This document shows positions 1 to 12,000 of a stretch of 64,000 nucleotides of DNA, piece after piece. The translations under genes were made by a program, and so were the position numbers. Position 1 is the first letter of the stretch. Every line of letters starts with the position of its first letter. Source of the DNA: Paraphysomonas bandaiensis (Eukaryota > Protista > Chrysophyceae); the NCBI GenBank assembly GCA_965644295.1, contig CBFFRP010000283.1:17799-81798 (forward strand), read 5' to 3'. The notes beneath the pieces are model-generated. The model was not told the DNA's origin and searched no databases. It was given only the letters and a program-made list of their open reading frames with translations.

Positions 1-242
1 ATGTATCATCACTCATAGTTCTCATCATTATTCTTCATATATAGTTCTCAATATAACTGTTATCAGTTATAACTTTGTCCATTTCAGTTAAATCAATTCA
101 TATATCAATATATAGAATATAGTGAGTTCATCTTAGCATTGCTATATAATGTCATTGTGCTCACGAACTGTGATTTCAAACTTATGAAATGTACAAGATC
201 AAGCACATACAACGAGAGATCATGGTATAAAATAACCCAATA

Positions 243-692
243 TTCTGGGGAAAAATACCGGAGATATTTCTCCGGGAAACTAACGTGAGCCGCAAACATA
301 GACAGCAGATATTGTTCTGCCCACTCACAGCTGAATGCTTGTGTGGTACAAGGGGCATAATAGTGTCAATTGTGTAGACGTCTTTGGGCCTTGACAAACA
401 GGAATAGGGGAATGGACCCACCTCAAGGGTAACGGTATTGGGATGCCTGCTGAAGTCAAGCATCCAGGATGTCCACCTTAAGGACTCAAAAAACCGAAGT
501 CAACAGATGTCAGGTATATCAACATGCTGCTTGCTCACTGCGTTTGAGTCTTTGATTGATAGAGCGGAGGTGATTGCACCTTGATGCTTGCGGTGACGCA
601 TAATCAGCTTTTGTAGCGTTAAATAGTAGGATATCAAAGTTAAGCACTGACTCATAAACGCCTACAATGTATTGATAATAAGAAGACATTAA
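243..692 (+). mobile_element. SINE-like non-autonomous repeat: ~250-bp hairpin-rich body plus LINE-derived 3' tail
   Basis: 243-488 is closely similar to 31733-31962 (e.g. GGGAAACTAACGTGAGCCGCAAACATAGACAGCAGATATTGTTCTGCCCACTCA is shared). 562-640 matches the 3' UTR motif of the LINE at 4161-8631. Confidence 0.7.
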
Positions 693-1941
693 CTGCTATT
701 GTTATCAACTTCATAATATTATATTGTTCAATACTGTCTGCTGTAAATACTGTATTCTTCAAGTAACGGCTATAATTCAAAACCTTAATATACACCTTTT
801 AATACTCAAAATTGCTATTCTCAACATAATTAATTTAAAATTATGCTAAACTTTCTCATCGTAATCATTGCAACTTGATACTTTGATTAACTGTGTTTCA
901 ATTAATTAGTAATAATAATTACAATAATATTTAACTGTCACAACCTTTTAGTTTAAGCTACAGTATTTAGTTTATTAACTTTAAGCACGACTCTTAAATT
1001 TTTACTCGTTTTGTTTCCAGATATGAGTATATATACACTACTAAAGAAACGCTAACTGATGAAATTCTGCTTGTCATACTCCATACATTATTTTATGGTC
1101 AAATACCTCCATTGAAAACACATATAGCGTTAAAGTTCTTTGCTACATTTTTCAACAAACTACGATATATATGGCATGACTAATTACTTTTATGAGACAA
1201 CTATTTACGATAGTATAAATATTTAACCACGGGAAATAAGGAGGCATGAGTTTTTGAAAACTTAAGATTAGATTGTATAGCTATTAGTAACTTGCTCACT
1301 GTAAGAAGAAATAGATGTTTCCTGATTAACATTAAGAAAGAAAATGAGAAGTCATATTGTTTTAAATCAATGGTATGTACACTGTGTGTAGATCAACTCA
1401 AACAATAAACCCCCAAATTTATATATATATTAGCTTCAACAAAATGTAATACAATTTGGAGTATTTGATGGTCAGTTTTGAATAGTTGAGCGAGTCTACA
1501 AATGTGTAATGTGTAATATAATGAAATCACATACAAATGACTGTCAACATTATAATTAAGACAGAAAAGGGCTTCTGTTGAACCGAATATTGAAGTTGAA
1601 TTTCTATATTTGCCCGTGCTAATATGAGCGTTCTGTTGATACAAAATCAGGTCAAAGAAAAGCTTTTTTGAGCCAAAATGGGGATAAGATGTTAACGTAT
1701 TTTAAAATAATTTTCTTTCCAACTACATTTTGCTATTAATAACTTACTATCTTACTATCACAACATACAGAGCTCAGTTAGAAAGTATTGATTTTCACCG
1801 TAGAAATTGTGCATATTATGTAGTGTGCGAACATATCTCTTGAGTATAACATAACTCTGTAACACAATACCAATCATTTCGTTTATACAAACATTTGTAC
1901 ACAAACTCTAAATACAATACGATAAGTGCTAAACTTTATGA

Positions 1942-2760
1942 TCAAGTATCACTACTGCAGGAATCGTCTGACGCAGTACAATTATTTTCGGGTGCAGCAA
2001 AGCAAAAAACAGTCCTTTTCTGGTGTTGAGAATCTGTTTGCACAGAAGGACCAGTCCCATTCGCCCAGAAGGTTAGAGCCATTCGCTCTCTAAAGCAAGG
2101 TAACACAGCATGATCGACCAATTCGCTGCGAAAGACAACCAGTCTCCCAAATAGCGGATCTATATCGTAGCCATTAACTCCCCAGAAATTGAATGGCGCG
2201 CCAGTATTATCAAGTAGTATACCGGGCTTCGTGAATACCCGCAACCTACCCCCATCCTCTGGTTCCCAATCCTTGTTCAGGTAAAACAAACATGTGAGTT
2301 GGCGGGAGCTAATAACTTCAAGTGAATCCGAATGATCGGACTTAGTGGAGGACGACTTAGGGAAGGCGTCTCTGTGTCGGTTATACCCCTCACCTTTACC
2401 CGGATACACTGCAAATTGTATACTATAATCAGAAGTAAGACCAAGAGTGTCCTTCATAACACTACACTCATTAATTATAGTACGAACAAATCGATCCACA
2501 GCAGAGAGCCTCAGCTCCTGACACAACTCTGGTGTAACCCAGCATAAAGAATCACCACGGATATTCTCATCTCCCCATATCTGATCCCCTTTATTCATTC
2601 TTGCTTGATGTAAGTGTTGTTTTAACAGCTGGACCTCATCCAGTACACTCTCTGCTAAATCGTCAAAAACATTGTCCTTTATGACTACACATGGACTTGT
2701 ATCAGTTGATGATGCGGTAAGAACATCAATATCCTCATTGGAAAACATTTTACCGCTCAT
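1942..2760 (-). CDS. 2OG-Fe(II) oxygenase, EGLN/PHD (SM-20)-like prolyl hydroxylase family
   Basis: Motifs RGDSLCWV, YNRHRD (HxD), RQLTCLFYLNKDW..GGRLR, PLFGRLVVFRSE..HAVLP and RMALTFW. ATG taken at 2760. Confidence 0.85.
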   Translation of the reverse strand: MSGKMFSNEDIDVLTASSTDTSPCVVIKDNVFDDLAESVLDEVQLLKQHLHQARMNKGDQIWGDENIRGDSLCWVTPELCQELRLSAVDRFVRTIINECSVMKDTLGLTSDYSIQFAVYPGKGEGYNRHRDAFPKSSSTKSDHSDSLEVISSRQLTCLFYLNKDWEPEDGGRLRVFTKPGILLDNTGAPFNFWGVNGYDIDPLFGRLVVFRSELVDHAVLPCFRERMALTFWANGTGPSVQTDSQHQKRTVFCFAAPENNCTASDDSCSSDT

Positions 2761-3944
2761 GACTATATAGCAGTGTCTGTAGACGGCGCTTCTCACTGCA
2801 TGTTCTGAACGACATAATCAGCAATCAGTCATATGTCTAGATGTCCAGTATGTGTATCTATCACTATACTACACCAGTACATAGTTATGGGTTTATGGTA
2901 TACTGTTGTATACATATACGGCATACTGGTATACGCACACCTTCATGCCAACACCACAGCACAACAACACTGCTATATACATGTACATATCCCGCTGATA
3001 TATGGACATCATATATTGAGACGGTCTAGTCTACAAGGCAGTAGATACCAAGGCACAGTAAGTTTACTACAGCAAAGCATCATCATAATCTGAAGATTGT
3101 GAAAGCAAGGTTCTAGCTGCTTTGCTATAGTAAATTTACAATGCGTGACCTTCTACTAGCCCACATACATTCCTTACGTAGCATTATTGTTGTGATTTCA
3201 ATGACCTGAAAACAAGATCAGGGAGTAGACATGTGGTAAAGCCGTTACCACACATGGCCTCGGTCATTGACCATACAGGTACTCGGTATGACATAGTGAG
3301 CAAGTAGAGGAGATGGTTTATACTCTGACATTTGTGCTGACTTCAGGATTGTTGAGCCCTTCAGGTGAACTCATCCCGTATGCTTGTTTTGTCAAAGCCC
3401 AAAGGAGTTACACATGATATACTTATTTGTGTATCTTGCAATATATAAGCATTTATCTGTGAACATGTGAACTAGTATCTGCTGTGTTAGTTTTCCAAAT
3501 AGAATCATTTCCGTACGTACCCCAGAAAACTACGAATAGTTATGACTCCCCATTTATACTTGTCTCACACAAATGGTGTTGTCGAGGTTAGCACTTGTCG
3601 AGCATGTAGAAGTAACTGTTAATTTTTCTATTGTAGCATTTCATGTTTAGATATGTTCTAAATTTCTGATAAGTCCTTCAACTTACATTTTCGAATATTT
3701 CTCTGCTTCTTCGTTTTGGTCAATAACGTGCTTGTACTCGTACTTGTATCACTGTATGTCTTCAACGTATAAGTCGAATATATACGTGTACTTTTGGACT
3801 TCTGCAGATCAACTCGTGATGGTTTCCCAGGGACATTGGTTAAGAATAGGTGATTTTTGCTTCTGTATCTTGTTCTTATTATTTATTTTTTGAGAATATA
3901 TCTGAAAAACATTTTAATTAGAAGCAAGTTTGTGCGTCTAAATT

Positions 3945-4115
3945 TAGTTCACCTTAAGGACAGTGAGCGAAAGTGGTTGCCTTTGGTGCTTGTGGTGACG
4001 CACAAGCGCAAATAGTAGGATATCAAACTTGAGCACTAGTTAGTTAAATTGTTTTGCTACATTAGTTCTGACTCTTACACCTTACACGCCTGTTGCTAAT
4101 AATCAGACATTCATT
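3945..4115 (+). repeat. Isolated LINE/SINE 3' tail copy
   Basis: CACCTTAAGGA..GAGCGAAAGTGGTTGCCTTTGGTGCTTGTGGTGACGCACAAGC..AAATAGTAGGATATC..ACGCCTGTTGCTAATAATCAGACATTCA matches the tails at 562-692 and (reverse) 4161-4347. Confidence 0.7.
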
Positions 4116-4160
4116 ACTCAGTAACTGAGTAAATTAAGCCGTTTAAAGACTTGAATTATT

Positions 4161-7100
4161 TATTGAATGTCTTTTTATTTAGCAATAGGCGTTAAAAACC
4201 CGTTCCGATATAGCGGCTAGTTGAATACTAGTCTACTAGTTAGACCTCTACCCATAACTAATCAGCGCAAATTCTATTATCCTACTATTTAACGCTACAG
4301 AAGCTGCTTGTGCGTCGCCGCAAGCACCAAGGTGCAACCACTTCCGTTCTTGATGTTGTGTGTGAGTTCGCCCTGCTCGTGTGTCTGAGGACTCACTGGC
4401 GCGTGTTGTCCGGGGGTCTCCCCTTGGGATACGGTTCCGCCTGACTCTGAGGTACCGGGTTCTGTATTAAGGTCCTGAGTGTACCGAGCACTAGATGTGT
4501 GGACTGAGAGGTTGATGGTGTGGTGGAATGTGGCGGTGTCGCCATGCACCGTTTGGGCGTTGGGCATAGGTGGAGTTGCCGGAGACGTCGTCGCCTTTGT
4601 CTAGGGCCTGTTGGTTTCATACGGTCCGTTGCTATGGTCCTCTGTGTATGGTTGGTAGGGTTCAGAGGTACGGTGGGCGGTGTTCCAGTCTCGGTTCGTC
4701 TGTGGATTCCTAGTAATCTTAGCACCCTTGGGCGTTTCCGTTTCTGTCTGTGGTTTGGACTCGGCCGCGGTAGTAGCCTTGGGGGGCCTTTCCGTAGGGT
4801 CACGTATCTTCTTCCGCGATCTTGGATCATGAGCTTTGCTGCAGCGAACAGCGGTAGCAGTAATTTGATGATCGCTGATTCGATGCTGCGCAGTCCTTGG
4901 GATGTCAGTGATTCATGGATGTGATCTCCAAAAACCATTTCAAGCTGTGTCATTGTGATGGTACCCGTCCAGAATCTCTCCACCTGTGGCACGGAAGGGT
5001 TCCAGGCCCTGCTGGAGAGTCGCTGGAGTACAGTGGTGGTCCATTGGGGTAATTCCGGATTCCTCATTTCTTCTAGGAGCGCGTTTTTGTGGCTGTGAAA
5101 TGCAGACTCCCTTATCTGCGTTATGGTGTCGTTTGTGCAGTCTAGACACATATGCTTGAGTGAGTCTAGTCTAAATCCGCAGTCAGAGCATACGGCTTTA
5201 GCCATGTCGAGTCCGTGTTTGGTTTTCGCCCGGTTTCTTCCTATGCTGAAGGATTTGTCCCATGTCAGTGCTGCATTTAGTACTCTTTGGCGCAGGTGGG
5301 AGCTCACTTTGTCCTTTGATGGTCCACCATCTGCTTGCGCCAGTTTGCGCGGAAGTAGTGCTCCGCTGTCTTTCCAGTATCCAGGAGCCCGGTCGGGATT
5401 GTGACCGTAGCGTTGGTCTCGGAGAGCTGTATATGCCTCCAGCGTCCGTTGATTACGGAGGGATTGGAAATCCGTGAGCAGGGGGCTAGTGCGATACGGC
5501 CGTCGTTCCCCAGTTAGGCGCCAGTGCCATAAACCCTCGGTGAGTATTCTCTCGATGGCTTGGTCCACTTCCATGTTACAGACAGTGTAGTTTTGTCGTC
5601 CGAGTAGTCGATCTACCTCAAGCCAGTCCCCTCCTGCTACTGCGTCGGCAATGTAAATTCCTTTGTCTTCATATGTCCATTCAGACTCATCAGAGGTGCG
5701 TCGTTCGGGGTGTGATCGGACCCAGGCTACTGTCCTTGTGCAATCGTTATTTGCTGCAATGCTTTCGAGCAGTACACCTTTGGCACGATGCCCCAGTGCC
5801 CGACGTCTGGCGGAGAGTGCTTCGTGTGTGCGTATGCAGACGGCCTTACAGTCCGTATTTATCGGTATGTGTGATGGGAGTCGCGCAGACAGTATAAGCG
5901 CCATTGCTGCTCCCATGAGCTCGTATGCATACGGGCCAAGTCCAGGCACGTCGCTGAAGGGTGTCTCTAATCGCAGTATTTTTGTTGTACCGTTCTTCCA
6001 TTCATCCTCCGGGGGGAGCCAGACTGCCGCCGCTCCTCCATAATGTGCCCATCTTGTACGTGGGTTTACATGCGTAATGCGGCGCGGGGATAGGGCTGTA
6101 GGCGTGTATGAGCCGTCGGTGAAGATTGCCTGATATGTATCCGCGGTTACATCATCCAGTTCTAATGTGCGGATAATGTTGATCAGGGTGTTGGTATCTT
6201 GAGGTTCCGGACTGTCGGGTTGTTGGAGAGTAAGGCCAACCTCCGTACCCCATTCCCGCAGAATTAAGGCAAAGTGGTGGTAGTTTGGGTACGGCGCGAT
6301 AGTCTGTGTTAGGAGAAAGTGCGCTGCGTCACCGGCATCACCGCCTAGGATTATGGCGCGCTGTAGGGAGCCCCATTTTTGTTCTTGAGCGGAGTCTGAG
6401 AAGCGTTTCATTCCAAGTCCATTATGCCTGAGAGAGAGGTAGATCATTTCCGTGGGGTAACCAGGACTCAGGCTTAGTGCTTTCCTGTAAAGGTTTGCGC
6501 ACGTTGAATCGATGTTCTTGTAATATTGCAGGGGCCAAGAAGCCTTGGTGGCCTTGTAAAGTAGAGTGGGTATGATTTGGGTCTCTATAACCATGACTTT
6601 GCAACCCGCTGAGGCGTGCCTGATCCCAAGGTGTGTGCCCGCTGCCTTTAGGTAGTTTGTACACCAATTGTATGAGTCCGTGTCTGTAGGTGTTAGTGGT
6701 AGATCCGCCCCCAAATAGTGTATCGATTCATGAGTCGTTTGTATTGGTACAGGTTGGGGTCTCCAATACCAGTCATATAAGGTAATGTGTCCGGTTTGTT
6801 TGACCTGGGCTAGATTTTCCCGTAGGTGAGGGAAAAAAGTGCAGATAACCTTAGGTACCGAGAGTTCCATTCCCGAGAAGCTGCAGAACGCCGACATTCG
6901 TATCGCCGTTTCCTGGGCTTGAGTGATAGACACATCTATGGTGGTGATGTCATCCGCGAAGGAGACTTTTTTCTTTGAGTTCGGGGTCAGTAGGAGTGGT
7001 GATGGTGTAAGACAGATTGCTCTAAGATCTAGGTCTAACCATGTAAGAAGGATATCGTGTAGCGCCACCCAGGCACAAGTGGATTCGGTTCCCCCCTGTG

Positions 7101-8631
7101 TGATTCCTCTCACGGCCTCAAATCCGAGTACGAACTGTGCAAGGAAGTGTCCGTCGGTAGCTAGAAGTTCTGCCAACGAGCGTGGCTCCATGTTGTTCGC
7201 CATGAACGGCGTCCATGGGAATGTGAGACCCCCAGCGTCTAATTCTCCAAACCATTCAACCACAGCATCGGGGACACCTAGCCGAGCCCATGCAAGTTTC
7301 ATTAGATTAGGTGTTATGGAGTCGAATGCTTTTTTGAAGTCCCAGAGCGTGCAGATGTGTTGGGCATTGTGACGTCTGGCTGCCTCTGAGGCCGCTAGAA
7401 CCCTTAAAATGGCCGTGTCTGTGCCATTTCTCCAGCGATATCCATGTTGGGACGGGTGTAGGATCTGCTGTTCCTCCCACAGACTGTGAGTATCCTGTGG
7501 GAGATTATTCTTGTCAGAATTTTCCGTGATATTTCGAGCAGACCGATCGGTCGAAGGTTGGAAAAAGAGGGTTCTCCTGGTTTCTTGAGTATGGGGGTCA
7601 TTACTCTGTCTCTCCACCAAGTAGGCACGTGTTTGTGCTTCCAGAGCGACTTGATAAGGGTGAATGCTTCCTGTTGTATGGCTGGAGGCCAGGATTTGAC
7701 CATGTTGGATGAGACCATGGAGGGTCCGGGAGCCCGGTTGAAGGATATGGAATGTAGGGTGGAGTAGAATTCTTCGTGCGTGATGTCCTTCTCTAAAGCC
7801 TTTCCGAGTAGGTCCGCCATTTCTGGTTTAACTTTAGTGCATAGTGCACGTCGTAGTCCGTGTTGTAGGGTAAAGGGTATGTGCGAGCACGGATGGAGGG
7901 GCTCCTGGGAAGTCACCGATTGAGGGTCAAGGAGGGTTTTCCACCAGTTGGGGTCGTCCTGTAGTCTTTGTGCGACTGGGTCCAGTCCTGCAGGTTCCGC
8001 GTGGTGGTCTCGAAAGTGTTTGTTGATTCCTTCGTGGATGTCTTGCGGGGTAGTGAGAAGTGTCCCGTCAGTAGTTCTCACTGTCGTTAGTCGAAGTGGC
8101 GTTTTGATTTTGAGTCCTATCTTCTGCAGTACTGCTTGTAGTCTTCTCTGTTCTAGTAATGCTTCCATTTGGTTTGTACGGTCTGTGAGCCTCTTGCGCA
8201 TCTCCGTCCTGTCTCGTCCGTGCAAGAGTCCTCGCATTCGAATCACAATGTGTAGAAGGTTCTTCTTGGTGACTTGTTTGGCAGTCCAGCTCAGAATGGC
8301 TCTGGGGTCTGCTGATCGGTAATCATTCCTGAAGTTGATGTCGGCTATTCCTTTCGCAGGTCCCGTGGAGTTTTGGAGGTACGAGTTCCCGCGCTCCTGC
8401 CAGGCGGTGATGAGCGCGTGGATCGGATTGCGTAATGGGGATCCACGCCATCCGTGTCTTTTATATCCAGCTGAGTTAAACATTTTCTGAACTATCTTTA
8501 TTACCATGACCATCCCTTCTTGAATTACCCTCATTTCCGGGGAGAAACCATCTTTAAAATGTGAACGAAGTCGCTGACACCGGTCATGGAGCCTCGTGCG
8601 ACGGCTGTAGCGGGGACCCTTTGCTGTAAGC
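4161..8631 (-). mobile_element. 5'-truncated non-LTR retrotransposon (RT + RNase H + CCHC finger) with 13-bp target-site duplication
   Basis: GACTTGAATTATT occurs at both 4148-4160 and 8632-8644. The interior is GC-richer than the flanks and encodes RT and RNase H motifs. Confidence 0.9.
4393..8534 (-). pseudogene. LINE ORF2 (reverse transcriptase-RNase H), single frameshift near 7480, endonuclease domain missing
   Basis: RAPGPS, PILKK..NLRPIGLL, SQHGYR, WDFKKAFDSI, RGITQGG, SFADDI and YLG are RT motifs. IFTDGS, YAYELMG, NTDCKAV, WVRSH and ADAVA are RNase H motifs. CSDCGFRLDSLKHMCLDC is the CCHC finger. ORFs 7404-8534 and 4393-7620 join as HRILTV/WEEQQILHPSQHG after removing a 2-nt insertion. 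Confidence 0.88.
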
Positions 8632-9096
8632 GACTTGAATTATTACTATGAGACATAAGACTATAGATCCGTCACATTTTATTTCATATGTAAGGCTAAT
8701 CGGGTAATCTTGCCAATCCTTTTAGTACCTGATGATTCTATATATAATAAGTCCGTAGAGTTACATGGAGTAATGATTCTTCGTACATGATGGTTTAACA
8801 CTTAACACAGTACACAGAACCGCTATAGGCATATATATTATATATCTATTGAGGTTGTCCGTAGTGTTCCATCAACTTATTGGACATTGGACACCCTCAT
8901 CAGTCCTTAGCACATTCAGATTTTTGCACAGATAAACTACATTTGCGGTTAATAAGTTAAGATATACTTCTCTGTAAAAGTTGCAATCCATCATGACAGG
9001 CACGTAAAGATAAACAACAACATAAATCAACAGCAGAGAGTCTCTACCCAGAACAAATATAGCAGTCAAAATATTTCACTAAATATAAACATGAGT

Positions 9097-12000
9097 CTAA
9101 TCGATGGATCGAGTGCTTTTACTCATACCACTACTAGTCTTTGCATTCTGCGGGACAGGTAAATTAATTTCTCCAAGAAATCCAATTCCTGATGCAGAAG
9201 TCGCACCCTTGTTTGAGTTAGCAGAGAATGAATTCAACACTCCTGTTGCTTGTTCTATGGCGCGCTGACTGACTGGTACTGATGATCCCCGCCCGGTGCT
9301 AAATACATGACCGACCTGCAGTCTTTCTGGAGGACAAGCTCTGGGAGGTGACGGCGATGCGTCAGCTTTACGACTGATAGCATGTCCAACGGCTTCCATA
9401 CCATTGGAATTCTTTGATATCGAAGTAGCTGTAACAGGGCCTGACACAGAGGAACCAATCCCTGTGACCGTCTGTTTGGCTAAAGCCCTTGCTCGCTGTT
9501 TCTCTAGCGCGCGGCGCCTATTCTCCTCTATACGAGCCATGGTAGCTGGAGATAGAGGCCTATCGACGGCATTACTAGGAACACTTGAACAAGGAGGAGG
9601 CACTGAAGAAATATAAGTGAATCCCTGCGAACCCGTGGCATCTATCCTACTCGAATTAGATCCCATATTGACATGAGTATTACCCCCACTGTTCACGGAA
9701 TTCGTAATGGAAGCATTGCGTACTCCAGGTTCACCGTGGTCACCGGTCGAGGTGCCCACTGCGCTATTGCTAAAGGAGCCAGTCAAACTGTTACTAAACA
9801 TACTTCGGCTACAACCAGCATCGCCACTATTTTGAGCTGTAGGAATAAACCCATTGCTACTAGCAGCATTCGTCATGGTCTCAATACCATTCTTAGCACT
9901 ACCAGTGGCAGTATTTGTCCCAGTAATATTACGTGCATCTGCATACGTACTACTATCACAACCGGATCCATTATGGATGATATTGACAGATCTAGAGGAA
10001 GCCGAAGGCGGAGCAGGTCCATACACAGCAAAAGGGTTCGCACAAGGAGCGGTAGTTCGCGATACCACAGATGCCGTCTGCTTCTTCTTTTCCACCTCGG
10101 TATTTTTACATGGAGATGTCGAACTCATAAAACTGTCAATGGTCTTTTGTACACAACTATTTCCACTGCTATTGCTATCCTTTACGCCCGTCCGCGTCCC
10201 TGCTACAGACGTTCCATCTCCATCGATACCTGTTGTAGGTCGTCACGTAATCCCTATGTGACACAAAAAACATACCTACTGTAGCTGCTAGCGTCTTGTT
10301 TTTCCGCTGAATTTGCTCCCATCTAAATCATACAAAAGCCATTACCATAATAGGAGATATATGTCAACACAGAGGAACACTCACACGATATCATCCGAAG
10401 TACCTTCGGCTAGAATGTACACTATACGGACACTATCGGATTTCTGACCCAACCTGGATAGAAACCACGTCATCAAACGCACACTTTATACAGCATAAAC
10501 GCAATCACCTATGTATTCTATCCTCTGCTTGCAGCATGTGTCCAGCTCCCCAGTGAAGCTCGGCAAAAACAGCTACGTTGGCGCTGGTGAAGTTGAGACC
10601 CATACCGCATGCCGTAATGCTGAGAAGTGCCACCTCGGTCTACAAAATAACTTGAGCCAAATTGGCAATGCTAACGATCATAATGGACATTGTACACATA
10701 TAGGATACTGTAGTCGTACCTCTCTGTCCGTCTGAAACCGCGATATTAACGCCCCTCTTGCAGTAACCTGAACTGACCCATCTATTCGGATGTAGCGGAC
10801 ATCCATAGCACGCAGGCCCGCCTCTATTGCGTCCATTACTTCAGAATGGTGAGCGAAAACCAGGACTTTACCCCCAATGCTACATGCAGATGGTGTGGTC
10901 GCTGGTGATACAGTGCTGCATGTATCTCTTCGCCCTTTCTTTCTAGGTCCTACACTACTGTTGGAGTAATCCAGCACTTCCCGCCAACTCTTTATAGACT
11001 TTACGTTCTCTTTCCTCTTTGATGTAGTTTGAAAACACTTCCGCCTCCGAGATCGCTGCATAAAAAATATGTCTCCATCATCATCATCGCCTTGCAGTCG
11101 ATGTTTTGATGCCTCATCTTCTTCGTCAGTGTCCTGCAGGCCTTCGTCATCAGCAGAAGGTAAAACTGACGGGGTGCCACGGGGTTCAGTGAGAATATCC
11201 TCCTCCAGCTCAGATACCACGCCCTCCGTTTTGTCTTGCTGATGTATAGACATCTCCTCTTCGTTGCTATTGTCCCATATACCCAGACTATCTCTATTTG
11301 TCAGGTCTATACTAGTGTCGGCCTCCACAGTATTTTCGATTACTTGCTGCAACTGTTCATTCTCCTGTGACCGACGCGCATCCCTTGCCTCCTGCAACAA
11401 GTTTCGCAATTCCCCCATAACTTTCTTGATCTTGCTCATACCCGTGACTCCGCAGAGCTGATTCATCAGTGTTCTACTCTGAGTACGAAGTATTTCAGCG
11501 GTTTCAGCACTATTCGTCGGGTCTTCTGCTGCGGCCTCCGCAACCCTCATCCGTTCCCGCAACTGTTGCAGCTCCCCGACCTTTTCTGCGTCAGGTTTCA
11601 CCCGACGAACTTCGCGCTTCTTGGGAGGTAAACCACGAATTACCTCAGACTTGAGTCGCCGAATCATCACCATGCCTTCTAATACATTTCTGAGCTCCGA
11701 TTCGTTACTCGATCCAGACACGTCCATCTTTGTCCCAAACCTGGGCTTCTTGGGATCGCAGTATCTCGAGGTGAACGCATCATAGTCATTAAATACGCCA
11801 GGTAATAGGCCATTGAGTTGGGTGTACAGTTCAACTGGACGATTTACTGCCGGTGTGCCCGATAGACATATCGCCACCTTGGCTTGCTTTAAAAGTGGCA
11901 AGGCTAGAGTAGTCCGCTTGGCTTCCTTAGACTTCAGTTGATGAGACTCGTCCGCTATCACAATACCGAATCTGCAGGCACTAAAAGTGCCTTCAGAGAC

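Noticed and set aside
700-1900. AT-rich block, possibly viral or TE-derived
   Set aside because: No intact ORFs, no element promoter motif and no recognisable remnants.
4297-4347. Self-cleaving ribozyme in the LINE tail
   Set aside because: No hammerhead core (CUGANGA/GAAA) or HDV-like nested pseudoknot could be built.
7470-7500. Programmed frameshift in LINE ORF2
   Set aside because: It falls inside the RT domain with no slippery heptamer; a TG duplication (mutation or sequencing error) explains it.
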